A stretch of 38,837 bases of DNA, from positions 88,556-127,392 of the forward strand of contig JASFQB010000005.1 in assembly GCA_050115675.1 (NCBI GenBank). The letters are read 5' to 3'. Both the position numbers and the translations under genes were made by a program. This document shows, piece after piece, positions 37,040-38,837 of this stretch. Below the pieces are notes generated by a model that saw nothing but the letters and a program-made list of their open reading frames with translations, searched no databases and was not told the DNA's origin. Source of the stretch: Candidatus Woesebacteria bacterium (GTDB lineage: Bacteria > Patescibacteriota > Saccharimonadia > Saccharimonadales > EFPC-124). How positions within the stretch are numbered: the first letter of the stretch is position 1; each line of letters opens with the position of its first letter.

Positions 37040-37615
37040 TTACTTTCTGGGAGGAAACGACAAAGTAAGTCTAACGCCAGTATGATTAGTATCCCCAACT
37101 AGATTAATTGGACTACCTCCACTAAATGGACATGGCAAGTTCTTAGCCTCAGTGTTCGTATATAAATCTATAGACAATCTTTCGTCACCTTCTTTGAGAT
37201 CTTTATCTATACTCGATCGCGTGCCATCGTAGCTAAATACAGATTCGTAAAGCTGCGCACCAAGACTTAAGCTAAAACCACTATCCTTTGTAGCTTTCGT
37301 TATTTCGCTATAGACTTGGTCTTTACCGACATTGAATTGGTAGTAACCTGAGTAATACGGTGTATGCGTATTATCCAAAGGATTCGTCCCATTACTCTCA
37401 CTACTACAAACTTTTGTAGCTCCAGCTGCAAGCAATGATTTTTCTATGGGTGTTGCTGCGTCTTTGGCAGGATTGGAAATGAAAGGATTATCACTAGACA
37501 CGGCAAATACAAATCCCCAATACACCAACCAACCCACAACAACAGGCACTAATACTATTAATAGTATCTTGAACGAACACTTTAAAATATTTTGTATAGG
37601 CTTACTTTTTATCAT
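37040..37615 (-). CDS. Array paralog D, membrane-anchored exported protein
   Basis: Same architecture; core NPAKDAATPIEKSLLAAGATKVC; C-terminal SFPPRK. Confidence 0.8.
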   Translation of the reverse strand: MIKSKPIQNILKCSFKILLIVLVPVVVGWLVYWGFVFAVSSDNPFISNPAKDAATPIEKSLLAAGATKVCSSESNGTNPLDNTHTPYYSGYYQFNVGKDQVYSEITKATKDSGFSLSLGAQLYESVFSYDGTRSSIDKDLKEGDERLSIDLYTNTEAKNLPCPFSGGSPINLVGDTNHTGVRLTLSFPPRK

Positions 37616-37633
37616 GTTGTTGGTGATTATATA
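37512..37633. repeat. 122-bp direct repeat, copy 2
   Basis: Matches 35665-35786 with one mismatch. Confidence 0.92.
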
Positions 37634-37700
37634 TTAGTTAACAAAAAATCGCAAAAACCCCATTATGCCTATTGCGCGCGTGGGGAGCCTGTGCTAAAGT
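37626..37700. promoter_or_regulatory. Divergent promoters for the paralog array (-) and the cutinase gene (+)
   Basis: On -: TTGCGA(37654-49)-N17-TATAAT(37631-26). On +: TTGCGC(37672-77)-N17-TAAAGT(37695-700) with TGn extension. Confidence 0.65.
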
Positions 37701-37798
37701 ACTTTTAACGTCAAGGCCAAACCTAAGTAACCTTGATTAGCACTTTAAGATCAGACATCTGTTTTTGAGTAAAGAGAGGGTGATTAGGAGTGCGCGTA

Positions 37799-38837
37799 AT
37801 GCAAAGGCCTAAATGGCAAGCATTTTTACTTAGTATGGTAATGCTTGCTTGCTCGCTAATGGCTGTAGTGCTGCCTGCCAGTCCTGCACATGCGGACCCA
37901 GGTTGCCAGCGTGAGGGCTACTATGTAATTTATGCACGTGGTGCTACGGCGCCGTTGTTTTCTGCCGAGCAAAAAGAAGCCCTAAAGCATATTCACCATT
38001 TGTTGCCTGGTGCGGCCTGGGCTGAGCTTGGGAATATTGATGGCACAGTGCACGAAGATACAGACCCAAAAAACAACGTGCCCGACAGCAAGGTTAATGA
38101 TGAATACCCAGCATCAGGCTTTACCTATCCTATTAGTGTGAACATTGGTGTTAACGAGCTTGTAAAGCATCTTAACGATCGCTACAACCGCGCGGCCTGC
38201 GCCACTGAAACGCTGATTCTTGTGGGATATTCTGAAGGCGCTAATGTTGTTGGCGAAGCTATGAATCGTTCTGACTTGTCTAGCAGTGCAAAAACGCATA
38301 TTGGTTATGTTGCACTTTTTGGTGACCCTAAGTTTAAGGGGTACTTCTCTGGAGTTCCAGCTTGGGCAAAAGGAACTGCCAAATCCGACCATAGCAGTGG
38401 GTTTCTTTTTGCTCGTAACCCCTATGTTCCCGATTGGCTGACAGGCCGGCTGGGAAGTTGGTGCGATGATGAAGATGGCTTTTGTAATGGATATCCTTGG
38501 ATGGGCAACCACGGCTCCATCTACCGCGAATACTGGTTTAGGCAATCTGCTGCTACCATTGTGGCTATGGCAAAGCTAAAGAAGTATCAGCTCACTAATA
38601 GTCACTCGATCTCGTTATTTACAACTCAAGAAATTGCTCTTTTAAGTTCAGAATTGGCAAAGTACGGCACACTGCCTTTTGCGGTTCCTGCCGAAATTGC
38701 GTCTAAGGATTTCCCCGGCGACCCCTTCCGCCCCACCGCCATCAAACGCGACTCGGGCAATATGGAAGTCTTTTACAAAGACACCGCAGGTAACCTTATC
38801 GCACGCGGCTGGAGCGTAACCAGCGGCTGGAACTACC
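37799..38837 (+). CDS. Secreted cutinase-family alpha/beta hydrolase followed by a lectin-like beta-propeller repeat (3' incomplete)
   Basis: Manual translation, open to the window end. SD AGGAG 37786-90; signal peptide ending PAHA-D; C..VIYARG, GYSEG (38225-39), VALFGDP, WCDDEDGFC, NHG; then NMEVFYKDTAGNLIARGWSVTSGWNY. Confidence 0.85.
   Translation, partial: MQRPKWQAFLLSMVMLACSLMAVVLPASPAHADPGCQREGYYVIYARGATAPLFSAEQKEALKHIHHLLPGAAWAELGNIDGTVHEDTDPKNNVPDSKVNDEYPASGFTYPISVNIGVNELVKHLNDRYNRAACATETLILVGYSEGANVVGEAMNRSDLSSSAKTHIGYVALFGDPKFKGYFSGVPAWAKGTAKSDHSSGFLFARNPYVPDWLTGRLGSWCDDEDGFCNGYPWMGNHGSIYREYWFRQSAATIVAMAKLKKYQLTNSHSISLFTTQEIALLSSELAKYGTLPFAVPAEIASKDFPGDPFRPTAIKRDSGNMEVFYKDTAGNLIARGWSVTSGWNY

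Noticed and set aside
35478-37633. Array repeats as a CRISPR array, integron cassettes or DGR template/variable repeats
   Set aside because: The repeats are 70-122 bp coding blocks without regular spacing, there is no attC-like palindrome, the few mismatches are not an adenine-specific series, and no cas, integrase or reverse transcriptase gene is in the window.
37-37637. Numerous 60-165 aa ORFs antisense to or overlapping recognised genes (e.g. 1747-2241, 22701-23120, 34838-35149)
   Set aside because: No motifs or initiation signals, and they overlap well-supported genes. The repeated antisense ORFs in the array simply mirror the DNA repeats.
38114-38545. 143-aa minus-strand ORF
   Set aside because: It is the antisense shadow of the cutinase gene, which has an SD, a signal peptide and catalytic motifs.

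Overview
This is a gene-dense chromosomal segment from a reduced-genome bacterium. It is most consistent with Saccharibacteria (TM7, Patescibacteria/CPR), inferred from the short IF-2, two DUF5663-like proteins, class II RNR, tight or overlapping gene packing and gene order. Core genes: rpsA (3' end), infB, fmt, def, priA, recJ, rpsU, yqeY, adk, map, ftsA, ftsZ, nrdR-nrdJ (with tandem NrdR boxes), type 2 ileS, rplU, parA-parB, lepB, an LCP protein, htrA, prmC-prfA and type B rpmE. Most interesting elements: (1) a complete actinobacterial-style ileS T-box riboswitch (ultrashort Stem I, AUC specifier) with an unusual extra 17-nt switching helix; (2) a coupled three-gene unit in which a 1457-aa protein with Gly/Ala-rich hydrophobic segments and a degenerate GT-A domain sits between two small DUF5663-like proteins; (3) a tandem array of four membrane-anchored, Cys-containing paralogs that are visible mosaics of each other, transcribed divergently from (4) a secreted cutinase with a lectin-like repeat, which is missing from the ORF track because it runs off the window end; (5) a window-wide pattern of -10 boxes 7-10 nt before ATGs with no Shine-Dalgarno, suggesting leaderless or near-leaderless mRNAs. 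No rRNA, tRNA, CRISPR array, transposase or integrase was seen. All family assignments are motif recognition by eye, not database searches.
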